Shown in pieces: positions 19,875-29,400 of a stretch of DNA of 64,000 bases. The stretch is from an uncultured Eubacteriales bacterium. GTDB taxonomy: Bacteria; Bacillota; Clostridia; Oscillospirales; Oscillospiraceae. The notes below the pieces were generated by a model that made no database searches, was not told where the DNA came from, and saw only the letters and a program-made list of their open reading frames with translations. A program made the translations under genes and the position numbers. Position 1 is the first letter of the stretch; the number at the start of each line of letters is the position of its first letter. The stretch spans positions 2,748 through 66,747 of the forward strand of contig CBCTHM010000012.1 of NCBI GenBank assembly GCA_965146675.1. Direction: 5' to 3'.

Positions 19875-20111
19875 CTACCCGTCTTTTGTTTCCCCACGGC
19901 GGGGAGGATCGCTTGCCGGACCCACCTTCTCTCCATCTCGAAAGATGGACCGGATGTTCCTCGCCGCCTTGAACCGGGGGATCATCACCTCATGTCCGCA
20001 GCCCAGACATTTGAGCCGCAGGTCCATGCCGGTACGCAGCACTTTCCATCGCTTCTCCCCACAGGGGTGGGGCTTCTTCATTTCTAAAATATCGTGGAGC
20101 TGTATATCCAT
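19875..20111 (-). CDS. DUF951 family protein
   Basis: DILEMKKPHPCG..W.VLRTGMDLRLKCLGCGH. Confidence 0.88.
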   Translation of the reverse strand: MDIQLHDILEMKKPHPCGEKRWKVLRTGMDLRLKCLGCGHEVMIPRFKAARNIRSIFRDGEKVGPASDPPRRGETKDG

Positions 20112-20201
20112 GGGGCCCTCCTGGCATAGCCGGGACAACCCGGCAATAGAATAGAGATAACAGGCGTCTATTACGCTGGACTTTGAAAGTGAGGGATAGT
20201 A

Positions 20202-21092
20202 ATGCTGCCATATCGTCCGGAGGGTCTGAATGCTCAGCCCCTCCCCGCTCCAGACGCGCTGCGCCGGGCCGCGGGGACACGGGAAATTTTCCAGGCTATG
20301 TGTGTCAAATGTGACGAATTTCACAATCTAGTGGTGGACCTGGGACCCATGCGGGGGCTGATTCCCCGGGAGGAAACCGCCCTGGGTGTTGCGCAAGGCA
20401 CCGCCAGGGAAATTGCCATTCTCTCCCGGGTGGGAAAGCCGGTATGCTTCCAGGTCCTTGGCTTCTCCTCAGACGGCACCGCTCTTTTGTCCCGCCGGAC
20501 GGTTCAAGAGGAGGCCCTGGACTTCCTTCTGACCTCTCTGCGTCCCGGAGAGATTCTGCCGGCGGTGGTCCTCAACCCCACCAGCTTCGGCGCCTTCTGC
20601 GACATAGGCTGCGGGATCACGGCTCTGATGAGCATCGAGCGGTGTTCCGTCTCCCGGATCTCCCACTGTAACCAGCGCTTCTTCCCCGGTCAAAAGATCT
20701 ATGCTGCGATTCTCTCCTTAGACTCGGCGACCCAGCGGATTTGTCTGACCCATCGGGAACTGCTGGGGACCTGGGCGGAGAATGTGGCTGGTTTCCGGGC
20801 GGGACAGGCAGTCACCGGGATAGTCCGCAGCATCAAACCGTACGGCGTTTTTGTCGAGCTGACGCCCAACCTATCCGGCTTGGCCGAACCGGAGGAATCC
20901 TTACATCCGGGAGACCCTGTCAGCGTGTATATCCGTTCCATTGTACCGGAGCGTCAAAAAATTAAGCTGACGGTGCTGGAGAAGCTGAACCCGGGGGCGC
21001 TGCCTCAACGCGAACTCCGTTATTTCCGTACTGTGGGCCGTTTGGACCGCTGGCAATACGCCCCCGATAGCCCCACTTTTACAGTTTTTTAA
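20202..21092 (+). CDS. Three-S1-domain RNA-binding protein
   Basis: Repeated S1 motifs: FGAFCDIG, YGVFVEL, VTGIVRSI. Confidence 0.85.
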   Translation: MLPYRPEGLNAQPLPAPDALRRAAGTREIFQAMCVKCDEFHNLVVDLGPMRGLIPREETALGVAQGTAREIAILSRVGKPVCFQVLGFSSDGTALLSRRTVQEEALDFLLTSLRPGEILPAVVLNPTSFGAFCDIGCGITALMSIERCSVSRISHCNQRFFPGQKIYAAILSLDSATQRICLTHRELLGTWAENVAGFRAGQAVTGIVRSIKPYGVFVELTPNLSGLAEPEESLHPGDPVSVYIRSIVPERQKIKLTVLEKLNPGALPQRELRYFRTVGRLDRWQYAPDSPTFTVF

Positions 21093-22341
21093 GCTCGTCC
21101 CAGTATTTCTTTGCCGCCAGTTCCAGTTTATTGGGGCCGAAGGTATAGTACTTTGTGCCCAAAAGCGAATCCGGCATATACTGCTGTGCCACGTAGTGCC
21201 CTGGAAAATCGTGGGGATACAGATACCCCTGCTCCCGTTCCATACTATACGAGTCAGCGTGTACATTCTGCAGGTGTCGGGGGAAATCCCCGCCCCGGCC
21301 CTTGCGCACATCGGCCATAGCCGCGTTGATGGCTAGGTAAGCGGAATTGGATTTGGGCGATGTGGCCATCAGGACTGCAGCGTCACCCAGGGGAATCCGC
21401 GCCTCCGGCATCCCCAGCATATCCGCCGCGTCCACGCAGGCCTTCACAATCGGAATGATTTGCGGATAGGCCAGCCCCACATCCTCGCAGGCAATGACCA
21501 TAAGCCGGCGGCAGGCGGAGATCATATCCCCGGCTTCCAAAAGCCGGGCCAGATAATGCAACGCAGCATCGGGATCGGAACCCCGGATTGATTTTTGCAG
21601 GGCCGACAGCAGATCATAATGGTTATCCCCGTCCCGGTCATAGCGAATGGTGGAACGCTGGGTCACAGCCTGCACGTCTGTCAACGTCAGCTGCAGCGTG
21701 TTGGAATCGGGGGCCGCGGCCGAAAACAAAACTTCCACTGCGTTCAGGGCTTTCCGCAGGTCCCCGCCGCAGGAGCTGGATACATACTCCAGCGCGCCCT
21801 CCTCCGCCGTTACAGTCAGCCCGGTCCGCTGGGCCTGAAAGGCTACCGCCCGCCGCACCGCCTGCAACACCGCGTCCTTCGTTAGCTGTTTAAACTCGAA
21901 AATGGTCGAACGGCTCAGAATAGGATTAAAAATGTAAAAATAAGGATTTTCCGTGGTTGAAGCAATGAGTGTAATCTTTCCGTTCTCGATGTGTTCCAAC
22001 AGGGACTGCTGCTGTTTTTTATTAAACGACTGTATTTCATCCAGATACAACAGGACTCCGTCCGGGGCTAAAAGCGTATCCAGTTGGGAAACGATCTCCT
22101 TAATATCCGCTGTGGAAGCGGTGGTGGCGTTCAAGCGGTAGAGCTTGCGTTTGGTTCTCTGGGCGATGATGTTGGCCACGGTGGTTTTCCCAGTGCCCGC
22201 CGGGCCGTAAAAGATCAGGTTTGGGATATTGCCGGAGTCGATCAGGCGGCGCAGCACCGCACCGGGACCTAAAATGTGTTCCTGTCCGACCACCTCATCC
22301 AGGGTTGTGGGACGAATGAGGTCCGCCAAGGGCTGATACAA
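21079..22341 (-). CDS. rarA: Replication-associated recombination protein A (MgsA/RarA)
   Basis: PLADLIRP, GPAGTGKTT, STTENPYF, SALQKSIRGSD, EDVGLA. Confidence 0.95.
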   Translation of the reverse strand: MYQPLADLIRPTTLDEVVGQEHILGPGAVLRRLIDSGNIPNLIFYGPAGTGKTTVANIIAQRTKRKLYRLNATTASTADIKEIVSQLDTLLAPDGVLLYLDEIQSFNKKQQQSLLEHIENGKITLIASTTENPYFYIFNPILSRSTIFEFKQLTKDAVLQAVRRAVAFQAQRTGLTVTAEEGALEYVSSSCGGDLRKALNAVEVLFSAAAPDSNTLQLTLTDVQAVTQRSTIRYDRDGDNHYDLLSALQKSIRGSDPDAALHYLARLLEAGDMISACRRLMVIACEDVGLAYPQIIPIVKACVDAADMLGMPEARIPLGDAAVLMATSPKSNSAYLAINAAMADVRKGRGGDFPRHLQNVHADSYSMEREQGYLYPHDFPGHYVAQQYMPDSLLGTKYYTFGPNKLELAAKKYWDELKKL

Positions 22342-22640
22342 AACAGCCACCTCCCATGCAATCCGTTTTTGATTCAACCTTATTGTATCCTATTTCCCGG
22401 GAAAGTGCAAGGGCAGCATCCCCAGCCGATCCTGTCAAACCGCGGGGCGCCTTTCGGCTACAAGGCTTCGCCCAGCCGGCCACGCAACTTGTTCGGCCGG
22501 CTGGGCGATCGGATTGTCCGCCAGTCTGGACCGGTCTTCCCTTCCTGAAAATTACCGCTTTCAAACCCTCGCCGCGCATGCTATAATAAGGGGTGAAAAG
22601 GTCGAGATCCGGAAAAATTTGCCGGATGAGGGAGGACACC

Positions 22641-23285
22641 ATGGAACAACAGAAAAAAGTGACGGAAATCATAGCGGCGCTGAAGGAACTGTACCCGGAA
22701 TCCCATTGCGCCCTACAGTATGAAAAGGATTATCAGCTCATGGTAGCCGTACGGCTTTCCGCGCAATGCACGGACGCCAGGGTTAACGAGGTGACGCCGG
22801 CGCTCTTTGAAGCCTATCCCACGCTGGAGGCTCTGGCCAACGCAGAGATCTCTCATGTGGAGGAGCTGGTGCATTCCTGCGGATTTTATAAGAATAAGGC
22901 CCGGGAGATCGTCCTGGCTTGCCGGATGCTGCGATCGGACTACGGCGGAAGGGTCCCAGGTACCATGGAGCAGCTTTTGAAGTTGCCCGGGGTGGGGCGG
23001 AAAACGGCAAACCTGCTTTTGGGTGATCTATATCAGACACCGGGCGCCGTGGTATGTGACACCCATTGTATCCGCATTTCCAACCGGCTGGGTCTAGCCC
23101 AGGGAAAGGAACCGGAAAAGGTGGAGCGGCAGCTGCGAGCCATCCTGCCGCCGGAAGAAAGCTCTGATTTCTGTCACCGGATCGTCCTGCATGGCCGGGC
23201 CGTTTGCACCGCACGGAACCCCAAATGCGCCGCTTGCGCCCTGGCACCCTGGTGTACATACCTGACTGGTCAGCCATCGGATTGA
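22641..23285 (+). CDS. nth: Endonuclease III
   Basis: LSAQCTD, HhH motif LPGVGRKTAN, CDTH, CxxxxxxCxxCxxxxxC Fe-S cluster. Confidence 0.95.
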   Translation: MEQQKKVTEIIAALKELYPESHCALQYEKDYQLMVAVRLSAQCTDARVNEVTPALFEAYPTLEALANAEISHVEELVHSCGFYKNKAREIVLACRMLRSDYGGRVPGTMEQLLKLPGVGRKTANLLLGDLYQTPGAVVCDTHCIRISNRLGLAQGKEPEKVERQLRAILPPEESSDFCHRIVLHGRAVCTARNPKCAACALAPWCTYLTGQPSD

Positions 23286-23457
23286 TCCCATGCGCTCCGG
23301 ACGTCACGGACGCTGGTGTTGGATACTGCCAATGGCCACCGCAGGCAAAGCCAGGTCAACCCGAATAAACCTGAATTAATGTCAAACGCCATCCCGGCTC
23401 CCGCCGGAATGGCGTTTGTGTACACGTTCCATCCCAATTGAAGAAAAACCACCGGGT

Positions 23458-24876
23458 TCAAGGGATCTGTGAAAGTGATTCCTCCCGGAATTGCTCCACC
23501 ACTGCAAATAGCAGAACGACCAAAAACGCATTGGGAAAGGGACAGAACTCTCCGGGGTTGGTCATAGACATCAAGAACATCCCGCCATAGGCCAATCCAA
23601 AGACCGCGGCCTCCGTATGTGCCGTTTTCCGCAGCAGCTGCAACCTTACGGCCAGCTGCCATAGGTACGCAACAAGGCCCAAAAGGCCCATGCTGCCCAA
23701 GACCTGAGCCACGGCGTTATGATACCAAACGATACTGCCTGGGACCCCCAGAAAAATACTGCTGTTCTCCATCGAGCCCAGCCCCATTCCAAACAGGGGA
23801 TGGGCCTGAAAATCCCGGATTCCCTGCAAAAAGAAGGTGATCCGGCTGTCATTGGGGGAAATCAGGGCGCCGCCCGTCATACGGGAGGAAAATAAGTCCC
23901 GGGCAAACAACACCAACACCGCCGCTACAGGCAGCAGACCCAATAAAATCGCCCGATTATGCCGGCGAAATCGGGGATTTCTTTTATAGGCGTAAATAAG
24001 GCAGACAACCAATAGGCCTGTCCCAAAAACCAGGCCGCTGCGGGAGCCTGTCATCAGAAGCGCCACATACAAGGCCGCCAGCCCCAATAAATGCCGCCCA
24101 CTTTGCTTCATGAAAAAGCAGGGCATCGGCAGGGCAGTGAGTAAAATTGTGGCGCAATAGTTTCGGTACGGAAAATCCAAGGAGGAGAAGGTGCGGAAGA
24201 ATTCAGGCAAGCGCTCCAGATACACCTGCAGCACCACCAATCCGGCAAAAACACCGGTCGCGTAAAGAATAGAAGCAAACCGCTCCAAAAGGTTGTAGGG
24301 ACGGGCCTGACAGAGCTGCGCCCGCAGTGCGCCGTAGAGCAAAAGCATTACAGGGCCTAGCCCAAAGACGTAATACAGCGCGGTGGGCGACCAGTATTCC
24401 GCCTTGGAGATCGCCCCCAAGCCTCCCAGCAGCGTAGCCGCAGAAACAGCGACCCAACTAGCCGTCAACTTCCCCCGCCGCCAGGGCCGGGCATTGAAGA
24501 CCAAATGGGCAGCCATTGCCACCAGGACCAGAGGCAGCAGCCACCGGCACTGGGCAAACAGGATGCCAATGCGGTCGTAGTAGTCGGCGCCCAACAGGAA
24601 CAAAAGGAACAACGGCAGGCAGGCCGCCAATGTGTCCCGGCATAGCAAAAGAAAAACTGCCAAAATGCAGCCAAACAGCTCGATTCCCAACAAGCTTTGG
24701 CCCTGCAGCAGAAAAACTGCTCCGGTCAATAGCAGCGACGGGATATAATACCGGCTGTTCCAGAAATCCGTGGCCGCCTGGCTGCATTGGGAGAAAAATT
24801 CACAGGCCCAAGCGCCCCGCCCTTCTCTGCGGGCAGGCAACCGCCTGGGTATGGTCTTAGGTTCTTCGGAAAGCAT
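23458..24876 (-). CDS. O-antigen ligase (Wzy_C)-like polytopic membrane protein
   Basis: ~12 TM segments, TGSRSG, R...PLFGMGLG, HN...GLLG. Confidence 0.75.
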   Translation of the reverse strand: MLSEEPKTIPRRLPARREGRGAWACEFFSQCSQAATDFWNSRYYIPSLLLTGAVFLLQGQSLLGIELFGCILAVFLLLCRDTLAACLPLFLLFLLGADYYDRIGILFAQCRWLLPLVLVAMAAHLVFNARPWRRGKLTASWVAVSAATLLGGLGAISKAEYWSPTALYYVFGLGPVMLLLYGALRAQLCQARPYNLLERFASILYATGVFAGLVVLQVYLERLPEFFRTFSSLDFPYRNYCATILLTALPMPCFFMKQSGRHLLGLAALYVALLMTGSRSGLVFGTGLLVVCLIYAYKRNPRFRRHNRAILLGLLPVAAVLVLFARDLFSSRMTGGALISPNDSRITFFLQGIRDFQAHPLFGMGLGSMENSSIFLGVPGSIVWYHNAVAQVLGSMGLLGLVAYLWQLAVRLQLLRKTAHTEAAVFGLAYGGMFLMSMTNPGEFCPFPNAFLVVLLFAVVEQFREESLSQIP

Positions 24877-25046
24877 AGTTGGTCAAACTCCTTATTTCGA
24901 GTTGTGTGAAATCAAAGCATTCCCCACAAACACGGCGGCATATACCGCTCCCACAGGGGATGGGGTACTCTACCACAAAAATAAGTCGTTGTCAAGAATT
25001 TGCGAAAAAAGTTCAGAAAAACATAAGAAACTGAGCCAGGTGTTGA

Positions 25047-26171
25047 CTACCTTTCCCCATCATGCGACGGATTTCGACTGAGAGAACCGCCGATTAAAAG
25101 CGAACGCTGTCGCTCCAAAAGCAGGTTAACGGATTCTTTGTTCACGGTGTAATACACCCGATTGCCATCAACGGTGCAGGAGACCAGACGGGCCGCCAGC
25201 ATCTTACTCATGTGATGGTGGATGGTATTGCGGGACAGACCAAACTTTGCGGAAAGCTCCTGACCATAGGCCTTCCGATCCCGCAAATAACACAGGATAT
25301 CAAACCTGGTACGGTCTCCCAACAGCTTAATTGCCCGGTATACCTCATACTCCGGTCCGCTGGCAGCAGACAAAAGCGCCTGCAGCGTCCCCCGGTAGAT
25401 GCCGCAGTATAACTGCACCGTTCCCGCTCCTTCCGGTGGCCCCAGGGATAAATTCGTATCCAGACCGAACAAAAACGGATGAATCTGGTAAGGCAGGTCG
25501 GCCCGGCTGCTCAGGGCGGATGTTCTGGAGAGGAAATACTCCAATCCTGTTTTTTGCACCTCGGTTGAAAAATCCTCACAAATGCGCTCCAGTGTCCGGC
25601 ACTCCAGCCGCAGCGCTTCCAGGGTCAGGCGCAAATACACGGCCGCCTCCTCTAGGGTCCGCTCCGGATGGTGATACAAATCCAAAATGGCAACCTTGCT
25701 CTCCGCCGGCACGGAGAGCGCCAACACCCGCGCGGTCAACTCGTCTCCCGCAATCTCAACCGGCCCGGGCTGCTCATCGGCAATGCCCAAAGAGATCGCC
25801 AAATGATTGGCCAGGCGCTCCGGGGTCAGACGGCGCATCCGGTCCAGGAGGCCGTCAAAATCCCCGTCATAGAAAAACGTCATGGGATAAAACAACAAAA
25901 ATGCAGGCGAGGCGGAACCGATGGTGTTGTACGAGAAACCGGCCAAATTTCCAAACAATGCCTGCAGCACCTCCGTCGAAATCGTGACCGATTGTTCCAG
26001 CCGCTCCATCAGCGCGGAAAAGGGCTGCAACTGCCGCCGGAACGAGTCCAGGTCCGTTACCCCACGGCCCCGGAGGCGCTCTAAAATATCCTCAGCAGTA
26101 TGGCCTGCAGCCCGGCGTCCCAGGTATGCCAGCGCCTCCAGCAAAAAATTGATTTGGGGAAAATATTCCAT
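25047..26171 (-). CDS. ArsR-family regulator with a large N-terminal sensory domain
   Basis: C-terminal wHTH: KLLGDRTRFDIL...YGQELS...LSRNTIHHHMSKM. Confidence 0.8.
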   Translation of the reverse strand: MEYFPQINFLLEALAYLGRRAAGHTAEDILERLRGRGVTDLDSFRRQLQPFSALMERLEQSVTISTEVLQALFGNLAGFSYNTIGSASPAFLLFYPMTFFYDGDFDGLLDRMRRLTPERLANHLAISLGIADEQPGPVEIAGDELTARVLALSVPAESKVAILDLYHHPERTLEEAAVYLRLTLEALRLECRTLERICEDFSTEVQKTGLEYFLSRTSALSSRADLPYQIHPFLFGLDTNLSLGPPEGAGTVQLYCGIYRGTLQALLSAASGPEYEVYRAIKLLGDRTRFDILCYLRDRKAYGQELSAKFGLSRNTIHHHMSKMLAARLVSCTVDGNRVYYTVNKESVNLLLERQRSLLIGGSLSRNPSHDGER

Positions 26172-26293
26172 GGACCCACCTCGTTTTAGATTTCTTTTCC
26201 AGTATGGCACATTCTTTCTCCGCTGTCAAGTCAATTTGTTTTAGGCCGATTTGGTTACTAGTGCCAAAATTCTTATGTTTTTTTATTTGCTAG

Positions 26294-26323
26294 TTGACAG
26301 GTTTCCCGAATCAATGCTATAAT
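26294..26323 (+). promoter_or_regulatory. sigma-A promoter of the protease gene
   Basis: TTGACA-N18-TATAAT with TG extension. Confidence 0.7.
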
Positions 26324-26439
26324 AGCGGCATACGAATGTCATATGGTCATAGAACAAACGCAATATGTCTATATGTTCATTCTTTTGTTTTTAAACGCAT
26401 TGAATCCCCCCAAACAAAACCAGAAAGGAAGGAAAATCT

Positions 26440-29400
26440 ATGAAACGGATTCTCGCTACGCTGCTAACGCTGGCACTATTGGCCGGACTTTTGCCAACGG
26501 CCCTGGCGGCGGACAGCACGTCCAGCCCTTCCCCCCAGGCGCTGACTGCCGAGGAGCTTCCCGGCACGCCCCGTCTGGACGGGTTGACCCCGACCGAGGA
26601 GAACACACAACGTCCCTCCCCCGCTTACGCGCCGGAGGACCTCGTCACCGTGATTGTAGAACTGCAAGACGCCCCCCTGCTGGAGGGTTTCACGCCCAGC
26701 GACGACAATCAGCTGGCCGGACAGGCCGTTGCCGATTATCTTGCCTCTGACCAGGCCGTCGCGGCGGGCAACGCCATTTTGCAGCAGCAAAACGCCCTGA
26801 TCAACCAAATTGCCTCCAAGACCAGATCCGCAGGCCAGGTTTCCGTTGTGGCCCAGTGGAACAAGCTGCTCAACGGCATGGCCATCCAGGTCCCCTACGG
26901 CCAGTTGGACGCCATCCGCGGTATGGACGGCGTCAAGCGGGCCTACGTGGAGCACGTCTACGACCGCCCCGTCACGGAAGCCGGCAATATTTCGGACAGC
27001 GGCTGGTACGGCTACAGCTATGATATGGTTGGGCTGCAGCAGGCCTGGGATGCGGGCTTCACCGGCAAGGGTATGCTGGTGGCGGTGCTGGATACCGGGT
27101 TGGATTTGACCTATACCACCTGGGGCAGCACGGAAGATCAGCACCATGGTATCCGCCGGGTTCACGAGGCCTTTACCGACAGCTCCTTCCGCAACGACCC
27201 CGCCTCTGCGGAGGACGGCTGGACCCTGCGCTATACGGATGAGAGCCTGCGCCTGTTCTTAAATTCGACCCAGCTTCGGGCTACGACCGGAGCCGAAGGG
27301 AACAAAATCACCTACGATAACAATGCGCTCTATAAGAATCTGAAGGTGCCCTACGCCTGCGACTACGCCGACGGCGATTTAAACGTGCAGCCCGCTGAGA
27401 GCGATCACGGCACCCACGTGTCCGGCACCATCGCAGGCTACGCTGAGACCGAGGAGGGGGCCGTTACCTTCACCGGTGTCGCCCCCGACGCCCAGCTGAT
27501 GATGATGAAGGTCTTCCCGGATTCCGCCGATTCCGGCGCTCCGGAAAGCGTCACCATCAATGCTTTGGAAGACGCCTTGACCCTGGGCGCCGACGTGGTG
27601 AACCTGAGTCTGGGTTCCGACAATGGCTACGCCAACGACGACACGGCGCAGCACGACCTGTACCAGCGAATTGAAGAGGCCGGCATCGTCCTGATGACCT
27701 CCGCCGGCAACAGCGCTTTCTCCTCCAGCGGCAACAATTATAACGGCTACAGCACCACGGATAACCCGGAGATCAATATGATGTCCTCCCCCGCCGTGTA
27801 CGCCACCAACCTGGCCGTGGCCTCCATCGACAATACCGTGGCCACCCAGTCCATGCTGGTTTGGACCGATGCCGATGGGCAGACTCACAAAGCCGCGTTC
27901 TACGATCCCAACGGCATTGCCATGAAATATAAGTTTGTTGGCAAGGACCCGGTGCAGCTCATCGCTGTGGATGGCTACGGCACATCCCAGGACTACGCCA
28001 ACGCTGGCTTTAACAACGGCTATAACAATGGAAAAACCGGCGTTGCCATGGTAAAGCGGGGCGGCGGCGTCTCCTTTGCAGACAAAATTAACAACGCTTT
28101 GTCCTTCGCCGGTGTCAACCACGTGGGCGAGGCCTACGGCGTGCTGGCGGTGCTGGTCTACGACGAGGACCCCAACGCCACGGAGCTCATCAACATGAGC
28201 GTGACCGGCACCTCCCTGACCTCCGCCTTCGTCGGCGGCAAGGACGGCGCCGCCATCGTGGCCGCCATCCAGGCCGCAGGCGAGAATAAGGTAACCATGA
28301 CCGTCCAGGAAGAGGACGACTTGCTGCCGGCCGATCCTGTGATGTCCTCCTTCTCCACCTGGGGCACGGGACCCAGCCTGGAGCTAAAGCCGGAAATTAC
28401 GGCCCCCGGCGGTTATATTTGGTCCTCCATCATCGACCAGTCCTTCCGGCCTGCCGATCCCTCCGGTGCCTATGACGACTATGTGGGCACCTACGGCATG
28501 ATGAGCGGCACCTCCATGGCCGCCCCGCACATGACCGGTCTGGCCGCTCTGGTGGAGCAGTATGTCCGGGAAGAGCTGAACGTCACATCCAAGGCCGCCT
28601 CGGGCGCACTGGTAAATCAGCTTCTAGTGAGCACCGCCCTGCCCCAGACCGACGGCGACGCCTATTACTCCCCCCGTCTGCAGGGCGCGGGCCTGGTGAA
28701 CATCGCTTCCGCCATCTCCACCCCCGCTTACATCACCGTGAACGGTCAGAACGTGGGCAAGCTGGAGCTCAAGGACGATCCGGACAAAACCGGTACATAC
28801 GCCCTGAACTTCAACGTCCACAACCTGACCAAGGATGCTTTGACCTATGATGCAAAGGTCGTGGTACTCCGTCCCGAAACCGACGTCTTTGAAAGCAAAT
28901 GGGGCCAGCGGGACGTCATGCTCGACAGCGACGTGCTGATGAAAGAGGTCTCCTTGGGTACCGTCACAGTGCCCGCCTTGGGCACCGCGCAGGTAAAACA
29001 GACCCTACAGCTCACCGCCGAGGAAAAGGCCGAGCTGGACCAGCTCTTTGAAAACGGCACCTATGTGGAAGGCTTTATCGTCCTCACCGACGCCTCAGAC
29101 AGCGGCAATCCCCAGATCGGCCTGCCCTTCCTGAGCTTCTACGGCGACTGGACCGCCGCCCCCATCTTCGACAGCGCCTACTGGTTCGACGCGGCGGAGG
29201 ATGGCGAGAACTTCATGAACAATGAAGCCTCCTGGGGCGTCTCCGTGGTGGGCAGCTATGTCATCAATCCCTACGACGGCTCCGTTGTTGACATCATCAA
29301 CGTGGGACAAAACGTTTTTGATGGCGCCTCCGCCCAGTCCCAGCCCATCTACCGGCAGGAGAACTTTACCATTTCTCCCAACGGCGACGGCTATTTTGAA

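Noticed and set aside
22482..22495. Possible LexA (Cheo) box between rarA and nth
   Set aside because: cgcaacttgttcg does not fit the GAAC-N4-GTTC spacing.
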